Positions 40,201 through 49,778 of a stretch of 63,556 nt of DNA are shown here, piece after piece. The stretch is taken from the IMG/VR virus record IMGVR_UViG_3300044632_001415; one strand, 5' to 3'. Below the pieces are notes generated by a model. The model searched no databases. It saw only the letters and a program-made list of their open reading frames with translations, and was not told the DNA's origin. The stretch comes from an uncultured virus (IMG/VR IMGVR_UViG_3300044632_001415). Its lineage: Duplodnaviria > Heunggongvirae > Uroviricota > Caudoviricetes. A program made the translations under genes and the position numbers. The first letter of the stretch is position 1, and every line of letters begins with the position of its first letter.

Positions 40201-42459
40201 CAAGTTTTTAACTGGAGATCCCTGACCAGTAAAGCCTTTTCCTAATACTCTTTTATCTCCCGGAATTCTTGCTTCGGTACTTACTGAGAATCGCATAGCT
40301 TCAGGAATTACTGGTTGAATTATTCCATCTCTTTCCCTGAGTACTTGCGTTGAATATAGCTTCACTAGCATATTCATCATTTTGGGACTTTCCATTGGCC
40401 CAACGCCACTTTGATGTAATTCCAAAATTGATTGAGCTAATTGTTTAGCGCGAAGCCTAGAAGCTCTTAATTCATTCGGTAGAGCTTCTATATCTTGATC
40501 TACCATCTGTTCTAGTGTTTTCTTTAATCTTTGTGGAAGAATATTTGCTCGTAATACGTCCTCTAATTCATTAAGCTTAGTTATCCCTCTATTTCTCATT
40601 GCGCTTAAAGTAGCTTCATCAGAAAATATATCTGAATGTACTGCTGCAGAAATTGGATCTAGAAAAACTTCATTTCTTGGATGGCCAAAACCTGCCAGTA
40701 AGACTTGATCAACTCCTCTAGCAAGCCCTGATTCAGTCTTAATATCTTCTGTGCTAAGTATGGCTGCTAAATTTTTTAAAGGCTTAACTGTTTTAACTGT
40801 TCCTTCATTACGCCCAAGCTCTTTCTTAAAGTACCTATCTAGTTTTCTTATTTCTTGTTCTGCTGCAATTTCATCTTTAGCTGAGGCAGCTGTTTTTATT
40901 CGCTGCAGTCTTCCAGATAACATAGCCATTGCTTTTTGTTGAGTTGATGTTATGGAGCCAATTGTTTGGAAGCCTTCTAATCTTTTTAATTCTTTTTGTA
41001 TCATTTTTTCTACAGATTTAACATCCTTAACAATATCTACCGAAACATTAAATGCGTCTCTACCCACTGTAAATGATGATTTTATATCTCCGATTCCAGC
41101 TACATAACCTCTACCAATTATGTCATCTAAATTTGAACCTTTTATTTGATCAAAAATATTTTTTAAATTATTAAACTCATTTCTTGCAATTTCTCTTTGA
41201 TCTGCGGGAAGACCCATATTGTCAATTGTTGCCTTAAGGCCTTGCATCCTAGACTTTAGTTCTTTTTTGTAAGAAGTTAGAAATCTTGAATTAAGTAATG
41301 AACTTCCGTCAACTGCGCTTTTTGCACTTGATGCTCCATCATTAAATTGTTTTAATATATTTTCTTTAGCAGCAGTACTTACACTTGAACCTTCAATGTA
41401 TCTTTTTACATGATCTGCTAAATTTTTAATATTTTTTCCGCCAACACCTTTTCCGGGGCTATAGCTATTAATTGCTTCAGCTAGAAGAGTGCTTTGATCA
41501 TTACTTAATCTGCCAATATATGTACCTATATAGTCTTCAACTTTTAAGCCCTTATAAGCGGCCATACTCCTTAATGACTCCTCTGAGACTCTAGAACTCC
41601 TTCTGAGTACACTAGATCCAAATTTATATTCTCCACCATTTACTTTTTCGTGCGCAAATTTTTTCATTATCTCATACTGAAAGTCGCTAATGAAAGAACT
41701 TTGTTTTAAAGTTTTTCCGCCTAGAATAGATGAAAGATCTGCTCCAGCTACTGCTACTTCTCTTTCTGATGTTAATGTTCTTACTCTTTTAGATAGTTTT
41801 AATAATTTATCACCAAGAACATTTGAATCTCCATCTTTAAATATTTTATTAAATACATCCGGATCTGCTAAGTTATGCCCAGAGACAGAGAGCAGTAAGT
41901 GGGACTGTAAAGCTGTTAGAGATTTTCCTCCCATTCTAAAATTAAGAACTCTTGCCCCCTGGTCGTCCATTACAGATATTCCATGTATTTCGCCCCTTTC
42001 CCTAAGGGTCTTAAGTCTCTTAACTATGCTTTTAGCATCACCTTTGCCACCTGACATTATTTGAATGTCCATTTTTAAATCACGTAGGTTTGGTATATCA
42101 ATTCCTGCAGCCTCTAATGCCTTTATCTGATTGGCTGTATAATTTTTATTAGTTATATCTTTTAGAATCGCTCCTAAACCAGAAACTTTATTACCTATCA
42201 TAGGGTCTGTTACAGATAAATTTTGAGTAACAAATAAAGTTGATGCCCTACCTATAGCTGGAGCCATAGAGTCAAATTCTTCTCCGGTTCCTGATATGAC
42301 ATATTTAATATTGTCACCATCTGGAACAACTTCAATAACTTTACCTAATCCATATACAGTTTTTCTTAACGCAGCTCTTGCTGCCATAACTTTTTCTGCT
42401 GTTGTCTTATATACACCAAAATCAAAATTTGATTTATGATAACTAATTGGATTGGGCAT
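37210..42459 (-). CDS. Putative virion-associated single-subunit two-barrel RNA polymerase-like protein
   Basis: Ordered motifs VDG, R..IKS, DIK, LGGFDLDDK, RQP..E, LGVYIN, ESVID; C-terminal hydrophobic helix. Confidence 0.55.
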   Translation of the reverse strand: MPNPISYHKSNFDFGVYKTTAEKVMAARAALRKTVYGLGKVIEVVPDGDNIKYVISGTGEEFDSMAPAIGRASTLFVTQNLSVTDPMIGNKVSGLGAILKDITNKNYTANQIKALEAAGIDIPNLRDLKMDIQIMSGGKGDAKSIVKRLKTLRERGEIHGISVMDDQGARVLNFRMGGKSLTALQSHLLLSVSGHNLADPDVFNKIFKDGDSNVLGDKLLKLSKRVRTLTSEREVAVAGADLSSILGGKTLKQSSFISDFQYEIMKKFAHEKVNGGEYKFGSSVLRRSSRVSEESLRSMAAYKGLKVEDYIGTYIGRLSNDQSTLLAEAINSYSPGKGVGGKNIKNLADHVKRYIEGSSVSTAAKENILKQFNDGASSAKSAVDGSSLLNSRFLTSYKKELKSRMQGLKATIDNMGLPADQREIARNEFNNLKNIFDQIKGSNLDDIIGRGYVAGIGDIKSSFTVGRDAFNVSVDIVKDVKSVEKMIQKELKRLEGFQTIGSITSTQQKAMAMLSGRLQRIKTAASAKDEIAAEQEIRKLDRYFKKELGRNEGTVKTVKPLKNLAAILSTEDIKTESGLARGVDQVLLAGFGHPRNEVFLDPISAAVHSDIFSDEATLSAMRNRGITKLNELEDVLRANILPQRLKKTLEQMVDQDIEALPNELRASRLRAKQLAQSILELHQSGVGPMESPKMMNMLVKLYSTQVLRERDGIIQPVIPEAMRFSVSTEARIPGDKRVLGKGFTGQGSPVKNLYTDYIDESGNAKQLSEELVSFRIKGKTMLFGGEAVGRIKDALGGFDLDDKGIIKMIRYQDDKGRSRVGFNMIRQPTAIEERLFARAYFDEDTLTGMFKKQDYFKSAAEDIKYGIRKMVDVESSDFDNVFLRGQTATSREAQRAAVLALENVIYGGQSLDKAFQDFGFAGISTGNVLTRTEDIAKRRRSLIESTIDTVYRQMESAGSTTVVNLTNADKIRIAREGMGSLVTTSPTAQPRYTTPNIFRVFTTFKDEKAFDMSTQIEEIMQSEEVNNFLNKYKGGARFRREIKQAGGDFEEVMKVFGRSDSAFQALFGAAFQRKQEDVIEAGGDILGVYINRSTAISSTMRQYRDFLTKAGQNDKNITKYLLENFQIGMLSAESVIDLATNPVGIQQAIDTAMSTQIAITDQIAKADFLNQEGVNRAIARLMGYQGANAGRITADEIGQQGIENLGKLIGFSRVAGEHLGMDQELMLGIDEYVFTKRVADKDKQILLKGVIDEMKRSQNFFGVNSFTARIEELQKAYDTQDATVMAEALKPFLLKASHKYSSQAKNAQVGEELFGFFEVTRKANLANIDDVIRRTSIVSEDSMKLAQAFLESNRDKLDYIFGTNQEDRAAFSELQKANFYARSDFLQEDLLKQIDEASQLKNISMEEFTNAVDKLTLGSRVDIATLESVTENQRLVDAAQNLKNARRLRNIKALEEFDPAMAQELTDEILNKIQAKRKLTTRPAPATYNEFAELIEELYRNEFGNIAYPGMMQDRSLIEATQLAIAGEANVDRIPSETLRNEANLQARIIKSQFDRSELQTQFDILEQRGTASSVKELEDLLSGGSDGSRSISDDMIRSVLDEEPDAPITKVKFKRFSQKIKDGEFTKLFKEPMIKNSVLAIGALAVGSLAYSSYKDRTVDDMTGPPLLPGGSPYESNYPTRIPQIPNMSNSGYETGNNYDININGSPEDVEKFNQLASSLSNGKIRTTIFNRIANVAEDPYGSIASSY

Positions 42460-45400
42460 TATCTCACTCCCGCAGATACATTAAAATTATTAGAACCAAA
42501 TGGATTAGATGAAACATTTACAGAACCAGATAAACCCATTCCAGACATCAGTGACCTTAGCTTATACACTACGTCTTGTCTATCATTATTGTAATTAAAA
42601 TTTGGGTAGCTTGGATTTACCAAATTTGCTTCTTTTATCTGTTGTGGATAGTAACCCATTTGGGACATTTCCAGACCCATTGATTGGCCCATTTTAATTT
42701 TAACTGCGTCTATATTTGTATTTGGATGCCAACCTTCCCAGCTAGCGTCTGGTAGCTCATGCCTTGCAAAATAATCTTCTAGTTCTGGACGTTTCTCAAC
42801 TTTCATCCCCCAAGCTGATTCATATAATCTTCTTTCAAGTCTTCCAGAAGTGGAAAGAATTTTTTCTCTTTCAGATACTGGGGCACTGATCATTGCTTTA
42901 AAATGTTCTCTTTTTCTCTTGGGTACAGCTAATGATAATGTTTCAACATCTGAACCATATAAATCTGCACCATACATAGTTCTTTTAGCTGCCATTTTAA
43001 ATTGATTTGCAGACGCCATATCTCCAGATTGCTTAGACATATTTGCTAATCTTGTATTTTTTACATAACTAAGAATATCGGAATATTCTTCAAGAGCTAA
43101 TTCTTTTTTACGCTCTTGAGGAATAAACCTATCGCCAGTAATTAATTCATAGGCGTTGCCGAAAATAGAGCTTCCACCACCAGCCATTATTCCTGCTGTT
43201 GTACCAAAAAGTTTTGCCCCAGGTGTAGCTCCAAACATACTGCCTACAAACCCTAAAGTGGCTGCGGCACTTATTGGATTTTCTTGTGTAGATTTGTTTA
43301 ACATTGGTTTTATATAACTTTCGTATGGCCTAGACCATTCTGGGAAAGTTGTTCCGTAAACATTTCTTCTTTCCCAATCTTCTACTGCACTTCTTTTACC
43401 TATAGTTTTAGCTATTAAAAAGTTATCAGAATGGACAATAGATTCCCCTAATCTTGTCATAGAAAATTTAAATGGCTGTGTCGTTGCCATTTTTATATTT
43501 TCCGGTGTAGATATATCTGAATATTTATAATCTGAGAACTCATATTTTTTAGTTGTTTGTTCAACTTGATTTCTAATCTCTGCTACTCTAATTCTTTCTT
43601 CTGCTGTTAACGGCTGTTTATCTATCATTCTATTAACATTTTTAAATTGCTTAGAATATGGGGCTACATCACCTAATATATCAAGTTGATTAATTAAACC
43701 ATATTCACCTGTTTGATCTGGATATAGCTTATTAAATCTTTCGTAACCAACTCCAGGAAGTCTTATTTCACCTTCTTGTATTTTAGAAAATGGATCTCCT
43801 CTTGTAAAATCTGTATAATATTCTGGCCCTGGCAAAAATGGATACTGTTGTCCCATTAGATTTTGAATTGGATTAATATAATCTACGCCAGTTCTTTCTT
43901 TTGGAATGAATCTTCTTACAATTTCAGAAAATTCAATATTACCAATTGCCTCTCGACTAGGTATTGGAACGTCACCAAGTCCACCTAAATTTAGATCCCA
44001 GAAAGCTCTAGTTGTTCCATAAGCTTTTTGTGCTGACTGTAGAACTGATCTTTGTGGCTCAAAATCACTTTGACCAAAACCAAATTTTTCCCTAAAAGTA
44101 CCGAACGCAAATCCATAAATACCAGCCATTTCTTGCATTTTATAACCAAACTCTGTTAATTGATAATTCAAATGAGATGGCTTTAGTGGACTTCCTGCTC
44201 CAACTACTCGTGGCTGCATTACTCCAGAAACTTTCGGAGGACCATAGGCTGCATTAAGGTAACTCTGGTTAATATTTCCAATAGTATTTGCAGTTGCCAT
44301 TCCTGCAGTATTCATTGCTCCTGCCATTGAAGCCATTTGCGTATTATAATTAGCAATTGGAGCCGCATAGCCACTTTGCCCTCTTGGGGATTGAACTGCC
44401 CCTCCAAAACCCATTGAACCAGAGACTCCAGATGTTACTCTAGATAGTGTCTGAGGCGCATATGCCAAAGTATCATAGGCTCCTGATTGACCAGCTGGTG
44501 CATATGATGCAAGGCCGGCAGCAACCTCTTGTTCGTGCATCATTTTTTGAGGCTTAAGTATTTTCCCAACAGTCATATTTAGGAATGGAGTTAATGGCCC
44601 AAATGGGCCACTAAAGTATTCTCCAGTAACAGGGTACGGTCTATCCTCGTAGTGCTTTCTTTCAAATCTATAAGGATCAAGTGGTCGTAATGGTGATATA
44701 TCATTATAGAATAAAAACTTTTCCATTGGGCTGCCGTATAAGTCGGAAGTAAATCCTGCTCCTCCTTGGAGTTTTTGATACCAAGATGGACGGTGGTACA
44801 TAATCTTTCCACCTTTAAATGGAGTATTTCCAAGTGGCCAAAATCTACCTTGACGAATTGGCACTTCTCCTTCAACTAGCTGCTCACGCTTGTCTTGGTA
44901 GTTCATTCCGCCTGGCATTATTCCGCTCATTAAGGCTTGACCTTCTACGGCTGCTTTTGCAACTTGGCCAAGAACCAATGGTCTATATACTTTTTCGCCT
45001 CTTGCATCCTCTTCTGAGGTCATTCCACCTAAAGTTCTGTCTACGGTAAGAGCGGTTGTTCCTGCTGCATATATTGGCAACACTCTTTTGCCTATCATTC
45101 CTTTGGTATATAAAGAAAGTGGTCCACCAAAATCTGAAGTATCTAATTGCATTCCTAGTGTTCCGAAATATCTATTTAATCTTTCAACTGAGTGCGACAT
45201 GGGCATACTTCCAGTTGAGAAGGATTGAGGATCGGAATATGTAGTTAGACCTATCGCGCTTTTAATTGCTCCCATTGGATCATTTCCAAAGACTGTGCCA
45301 AAAGTCGGAACTAATGTAACAGATTGCCCAGTACCTAATGGATCAACAGTTAAATCATCAGTCTGATGTTGTGCTATTCCAAACTTTCTTTTTAGTGGTG

Positions 45401-48400
45401 TTGTTATTGGAGAAAATTTTGTTTGGATTCCACTAGAATTTACTTCAGCTATTCTTCCACTAGAAAAAGGTTCTAATAGCCTTTTTGTCTCTGTGCTTGA
45501 TCTTACTGTAGTTAGCATTTGCTTTGCTGCCGCGAGCATATTTTGTTGCCCCGTTAGGCCATGCTTGAATGTTGTAAAAGCACTTATGTTAAACATTGTT
45601 CCAAGTGCTGCTGCCTGTGCTTCAGTTCTTTGTGATGGAGATATTTTTCCTATTTTTACCAAATCATCAATTGCTTTTTGTATTTGAATGAATACTTCGC
45701 CTTGATTTGAAGCTCCTAATTTGACTTGATTAACTTGAGAAATGTATCTAAATATTTCATTTCTTAATTGATCTAATCTAGTTGTAATAGTTGGAGACTT
45801 TTGAGACATTTGAGAAATGGCATTTAAGTTTCCATTATTAAGTAAATACTGTAATCTAGATCCAGAGGTTGTTAAAAATTGTGGATCTACACCTAATCCT
45901 TTAAGTTCAAGGCCCAACAATTTTTGCCCACGAAGAAGTCCTTGGGCAAACTCTGCCATTTCTTGGCCGCTAGACATACTGCTAACCCTTTTGCCTCCCA
46001 TTGTAAATAACTCTGGGTGGAGCTCCTCTAACTGCCTCATTACTACTGGATTTGTACCATATTGAAAAGACTGTTTTCTTAATGATTCGTAAGCTTTTAA
46101 TATATCAGATTGACTAAATTCATCAATAGCTTTTCCAGAGCTATCTACGACTCTCATTGTACTTGAGTTTAATTTAATCCTTGTAGATGCCCCACCAATA
46201 GTGTAATCTATTTCTTCTCCAGCAACTAGTTTTGCGATCACTGATTTATTTTGAATATCAGTTTTTCTTCCGCTAAATCTTTTAGCTAATCCAAATAGGG
46301 AGTTTGGCTGATCTGGAGCCATACTCATGGCTCTCTTAAATTTTAGAGCGCGCTGTTCCCCACCTAATATTTTATTTAGAAATCTTGAACCAGATGTTCT
46401 ATTGATTTCATCAGTAGTCTCCCCTGACATACCTGATGCTAGGCGTGTTTGCCTAGTTAGTAAATCACTACTTGCAGTAGGAATAGGTCTATATGTGCCA
46501 GGTAAAGATTCTCCATAAACTTTGTCTGCTAACGAGTCAGTTTCAAAACCCATAACCTTTCCTCTAGAGCCCTTTGTTTTATACCATAAATAAAAATCTT
46601 TCTCGGAAGTACCTTTATTTAAAAATGGCTGCGCGCTTCTAGAAGAAACATATTGTATTGGAGATCTTTTTGCCATTTCTGCAAAAGATCTATATCCAAA
46701 TAAATCAAATGGATTAAAACCTAATACGGGTATTTTGAATTGCCCCATAAAAAAGTCTGCTGTATCTTTAAATGTAGTTTTAATAGCACTAAAGTCAAGA
46801 ATTTCTCCTGCTTTAGTTTTATATACTCCATCAAGTTTACTAAAGCCTATTGATTTTGATACAGGGTCATTAACTGCCATTCTTACAGCAAGGTCGTTTA
46901 TAGTTTTTCTTTCTGACTCGCCTAAATAATTAAATCTTCCTGCATTTCTTGCTTCGTCAATTGTTAATGGCTGTAGTCCAAATAAATTAAAACCACCATT
47001 AAAAATACCTGACGTCATTTGTTTATTTTTAATTAAAAAAGCTCTTAAATCTGTAAATTTAGTTGGATCAAACCCCTGCTTTCTTAGGGCGTTGTTAACT
47101 ATATTATTTGAGACTTCTCTTCCAGAATCGTCTAATAATTTAATACCCAAAACTTCTGCTGTTTTTCTTTGTAAAAATTCTTGCTTCGATAAAGTTAATG
47201 GGCCAACAAAATCTTGATATTGAGCTTTTTTAGGTTTTAATAAAGATCCACCTATTGTTGATAGGTGATCAGAGTAAAATGTGTTCCAATTTTTTTTGAT
47301 ATTTAAATTAAGATTTTTTTGGAATTCTCTTGAGGCAAATATATCTCGTGCATCTTTGACTGCATTATTTAATACTTGACTTGAAGATTGTGGTGTATTG
47401 TTTAGCGAGCCAGATTTTTCCAAAGCTTCTGATAGAGTTTTACCACCTTTAATTCCTCTATATCTTTTTAGAATTTTAGAAAAAAAATCATCCTCAATAT
47501 CTATTGCGGTATCGCCGTCTTGAATTATTTTATTTTTACCAATTGTAATAATATTACTTGCGTTCATATTACTTCTTGGTGCACGTACGTTTAGATAATC
47601 AACAAATTGACCAGCCTGCTTTTTATCAATTCCTCTTGCAATTAACTGCTGCGTTAAGACACCTTTAAATGCGTCCTGTTGCCTACCTCTATAGAAGTCA
47701 CTTGAAGTAAAGGCTTTATCGCCAGGTCCACCTCCACCAAGAACCGTTAAGCCAGTAGCTAATGATGACAGCCTACTAGAGTGCTGTGACTGTATCTTTC
47801 TTATGGCTCCCTCTAAGGTGTTTGCCTGAAAGCTTCTATCAACAGAAGTCATTTGAGAAAGAACTTTATTAAATGCTATAGAATTTTCCATAGCATCATA
47901 TGCTTTCCCTAGTAGCTTAAACTCTTTAGCACCAGCTTCGTAAGCTGCTCTAACTCCACGAAATGATGGAACTATATCTAATATTGAATTATAGTTTTCT
48001 GTTGTCTTTAATCCATTTGGGCCAGTAGAGGTTCCTTTAAATCCTTTAATAAGGGTTTCAAATTTAACCTTTTTTATTTCATCTCTACTTGCCTGGCGAG
48101 CAACTGCTTGCTGCTCTGCGGCGGTAATGCCTTGACGAAGATTATGCAGATTCTGCACAAAACCTCTTTGCCCCTCTGTCTTATATACGTCAACTGCAGA
48201 ACTAAATCCGCCAGAAGTTTGAGCAGACACTTTTAGAAATTTATTAGTTAGTGTTGCAAAGTCATGGCCAACTTCAGATAATACTTCACTTAAGTCTACG
48301 AATGCATTATGAAACTTAGCCTGTCTTGGTGTTAGGTTGGCCATATCATTAAGTGAATACCTTAATGTTTGTAGCGATGATCTGCCAGCAGACGTTGCAG

Positions 48401-49130
48401 CTCCAGCAAATTCAAATGGAAGAATCATTGTTGCAATATTACTTAAAGATTGCTTAGTAAAATCAGCCATTACATCTGCTGGATTATACCACTTGACTTT
48501 TCTTTCGCCTTCTTCTCTTCTGCCAAAAATAGGATCTGTTAGCCCTCTTTGGGCGCCATACAGAGCTGGCAATTCATACGGCATTCTCCTTCCAGCTCTA
48601 ACTAGTCTGACCTGAAGTTCTTCTCTCCAAGACCAGACTCCAGCTGGCTCTCTAGTTAAACCAAATCCAGCTTGTCTTTTTTCTTGATCATTTAAAAATC
48701 TATATCCAAATCTTTCACTTTTCATTCCCTGATAGCCGGTAGTATATTTGCCATCCTGTTGAAAAATTAATTTAGAATAAGGATCGTCCCCATCTATCTG
48801 ACGAGCTACTCCTTGAAGTTCATCTAATTCTCTTCTGATTTCTGTAACAGACTTAATTAATCTAGTCGCAATTGGAGAAGTTTCAGATCTTTTTTGAAGA
48901 TGCTTAGCGAGTTTTATTCCACCAGATTTAGTTAATTTTGAAGCGACAAATGTCCCACCAATTGTTGCAGCAGTCGTTGCAAAAAATCTAATTATTGGAT
49001 GACTATTTAAAGCTTTACTAATAACTCCTGAATTATGAGAAATACCTTCTTTGTCTCCCTCATTAATTGGGAGATCACGAGAAGTTACGCTGTAACCTAA
49101 ATTATGTATTGGTCCTGGATCGCGTATCAA
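42459..49130 (-). CDS. Tape-measure-like / DNA-delivery protein
   Basis: 2223 aa, apparently helical and basic, Gly/Ala hydrophobic segments near both ends; directly after chaperones; TTG start with AGGAG RBS. Confidence 0.55.
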   Translation of the reverse strand: MIRDPGPIHNLGYSVTSRDLPINEGDKEGISHNSGVISKALNSHPIIRFFATTAATIGGTFVASKLTKSGGIKLAKHLQKRSETSPIATRLIKSVTEIRRELDELQGVARQIDGDDPYSKLIFQQDGKYTTGYQGMKSERFGYRFLNDQEKRQAGFGLTREPAGVWSWREELQVRLVRAGRRMPYELPALYGAQRGLTDPIFGRREEGERKVKWYNPADVMADFTKQSLSNIATMILPFEFAGAATSAGRSSLQTLRYSLNDMANLTPRQAKFHNAFVDLSEVLSEVGHDFATLTNKFLKVSAQTSGGFSSAVDVYKTEGQRGFVQNLHNLRQGITAAEQQAVARQASRDEIKKVKFETLIKGFKGTSTGPNGLKTTENYNSILDIVPSFRGVRAAYEAGAKEFKLLGKAYDAMENSIAFNKVLSQMTSVDRSFQANTLEGAIRKIQSQHSSRLSSLATGLTVLGGGGPGDKAFTSSDFYRGRQQDAFKGVLTQQLIARGIDKKQAGQFVDYLNVRAPRSNMNASNIITIGKNKIIQDGDTAIDIEDDFFSKILKRYRGIKGGKTLSEALEKSGSLNNTPQSSSQVLNNAVKDARDIFASREFQKNLNLNIKKNWNTFYSDHLSTIGGSLLKPKKAQYQDFVGPLTLSKQEFLQRKTAEVLGIKLLDDSGREVSNNIVNNALRKQGFDPTKFTDLRAFLIKNKQMTSGIFNGGFNLFGLQPLTIDEARNAGRFNYLGESERKTINDLAVRMAVNDPVSKSIGFSKLDGVYKTKAGEILDFSAIKTTFKDTADFFMGQFKIPVLGFNPFDLFGYRSFAEMAKRSPIQYVSSRSAQPFLNKGTSEKDFYLWYKTKGSRGKVMGFETDSLADKVYGESLPGTYRPIPTASSDLLTRQTRLASGMSGETTDEINRTSGSRFLNKILGGEQRALKFKRAMSMAPDQPNSLFGLAKRFSGRKTDIQNKSVIAKLVAGEEIDYTIGGASTRIKLNSSTMRVVDSSGKAIDEFSQSDILKAYESLRKQSFQYGTNPVVMRQLEELHPELFTMGGKRVSSMSSGQEMAEFAQGLLRGQKLLGLELKGLGVDPQFLTTSGSRLQYLLNNGNLNAISQMSQKSPTITTRLDQLRNEIFRYISQVNQVKLGASNQGEVFIQIQKAIDDLVKIGKISPSQRTEAQAAALGTMFNISAFTTFKHGLTGQQNMLAAAKQMLTTVRSSTETKRLLEPFSSGRIAEVNSSGIQTKFSPITTPLKRKFGIAQHQTDDLTVDPLGTGQSVTLVPTFGTVFGNDPMGAIKSAIGLTTYSDPQSFSTGSMPMSHSVERLNRYFGTLGMQLDTSDFGGPLSLYTKGMIGKRVLPIYAAGTTALTVDRTLGGMTSEEDARGEKVYRPLVLGQVAKAAVEGQALMSGIMPGGMNYQDKREQLVEGEVPIRQGRFWPLGNTPFKGGKIMYHRPSWYQKLQGGAGFTSDLYGSPMEKFLFYNDISPLRPLDPYRFERKHYEDRPYPVTGEYFSGPFGPLTPFLNMTVGKILKPQKMMHEQEVAAGLASYAPAGQSGAYDTLAYAPQTLSRVTSGVSGSMGFGGAVQSPRGQSGYAAPIANYNTQMASMAGAMNTAGMATANTIGNINQSYLNAAYGPPKVSGVMQPRVVGAGSPLKPSHLNYQLTEFGYKMQEMAGIYGFAFGTFREKFGFGQSDFEPQRSVLQSAQKAYGTTRAFWDLNLGGLGDVPIPSREAIGNIEFSEIVRRFIPKERTGVDYINPIQNLMGQQYPFLPGPEYYTDFTRGDPFSKIQEGEIRLPGVGYERFNKLYPDQTGEYGLINQLDILGDVAPYSKQFKNVNRMIDKQPLTAEERIRVAEIRNQVEQTTKKYEFSDYKYSDISTPENIKMATTQPFKFSMTRLGESIVHSDNFLIAKTIGKRSAVEDWERRNVYGTTFPEWSRPYESYIKPMLNKSTQENPISAAATLGFVGSMFGATPGAKLFGTTAGIMAGGGSSIFGNAYELITGDRFIPQERKKELALEEYSDILSYVKNTRLANMSKQSGDMASANQFKMAAKRTMYGADLYGSDVETLSLAVPKRKREHFKAMISAPVSEREKILSTSGRLERRLYESAWGMKVEKRPELEDYFARHELPDASWEGWHPNTNIDAVKIKMGQSMGLEMSQMGYYPQQIKEANLVNPSYPNFNYNNDRQDVVYKLRSLMSGMGLSGSVNVSSNPFGSNNFNVSAGVR

Positions 49131-49148
49131 TTAAGCTCCTAACTTAAG

Positions 49149-49775
49149 TTATGAACCCCATAGTTTTCTTGCAATTGGGTCATCATACGTTGCTGCACCT
49201 GTTGGTTTAGATAGATTATGTTTTGCAGCTCTAGCTTTTTCTTTTTCTTCTTCTTCTTCCGGATCAATTAGTTGCAGTCTTAGATTAGTTGGTTCTATAC
49301 CATTAATGCCCTGTTTGATTTCTATAATCTTCTCTGCGAGTGCAACTTTTTCTGCTAATTGAGAAAATGTACATTCATCTAATTGTTCTGGAGAATATGT
49401 ATTTATAGTAGCTAGAACAAAGGCTTTCATTAAATTTTTTACTTCATTTGCATTAAGTCTTTTATTGTCAAGCGTTTGTTTAGCAATTTTGGCAGAGGAA
49501 AAACCAGATATATCTAATATTTCATTTGCCAATGACGTGACATTGCCGGGAGGAATTTTTAATGTATCATAATTCTCTGGAAAAACAATTGTATATTCAA
49601 GAATTATATCTTCAAGATCAGCAGAAGAAAAGTCATTTAAATCTCTATATGAGAGAATTTTACTATGTTCCTTGAATGTTAATTCTCTAAAGATAAGAAT
49701 AATATCTTTAATTTTTACACTATAAATATTTCCATATTTATTTTTTAATTCAAAAATTAATTGAGAATCCAACAT
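49149..49775 (-). CDS. Tail assembly chaperone 2 (paralogue with C-terminal extension)
   Basis: LKNKYGNIY...IFREL...PGNVTSLANEILDISGF aligns by eye with chaperone 1. Confidence 0.6.
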   Translation of the reverse strand: MLDSQLIFELKNKYGNIYSVKIKDIILIFRELTFKEHSKILSYRDLNDFSSADLEDIILEYTIVFPENYDTLKIPPGNVTSLANEILDISGFSSAKIAKQTLDNKRLNANEVKNLMKAFVLATINTYSPEQLDECTFSQLAEKVALAEKIIEIKQGINGIEPTNLRLQLIDPEEEEEKEKARAAKHNLSKPTGAATYDDPIARKLWGS

Positions 49776-49778
49776 TTA

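Noticed and set aside
25665..49130. Inteins or introns explaining the giant ORFs
   Set aside because: No intein C-terminal HN-C/S/T block with a matching N-terminal motif, no LAGLIDADG/HNH motif and no frame interruptions noticed by eye
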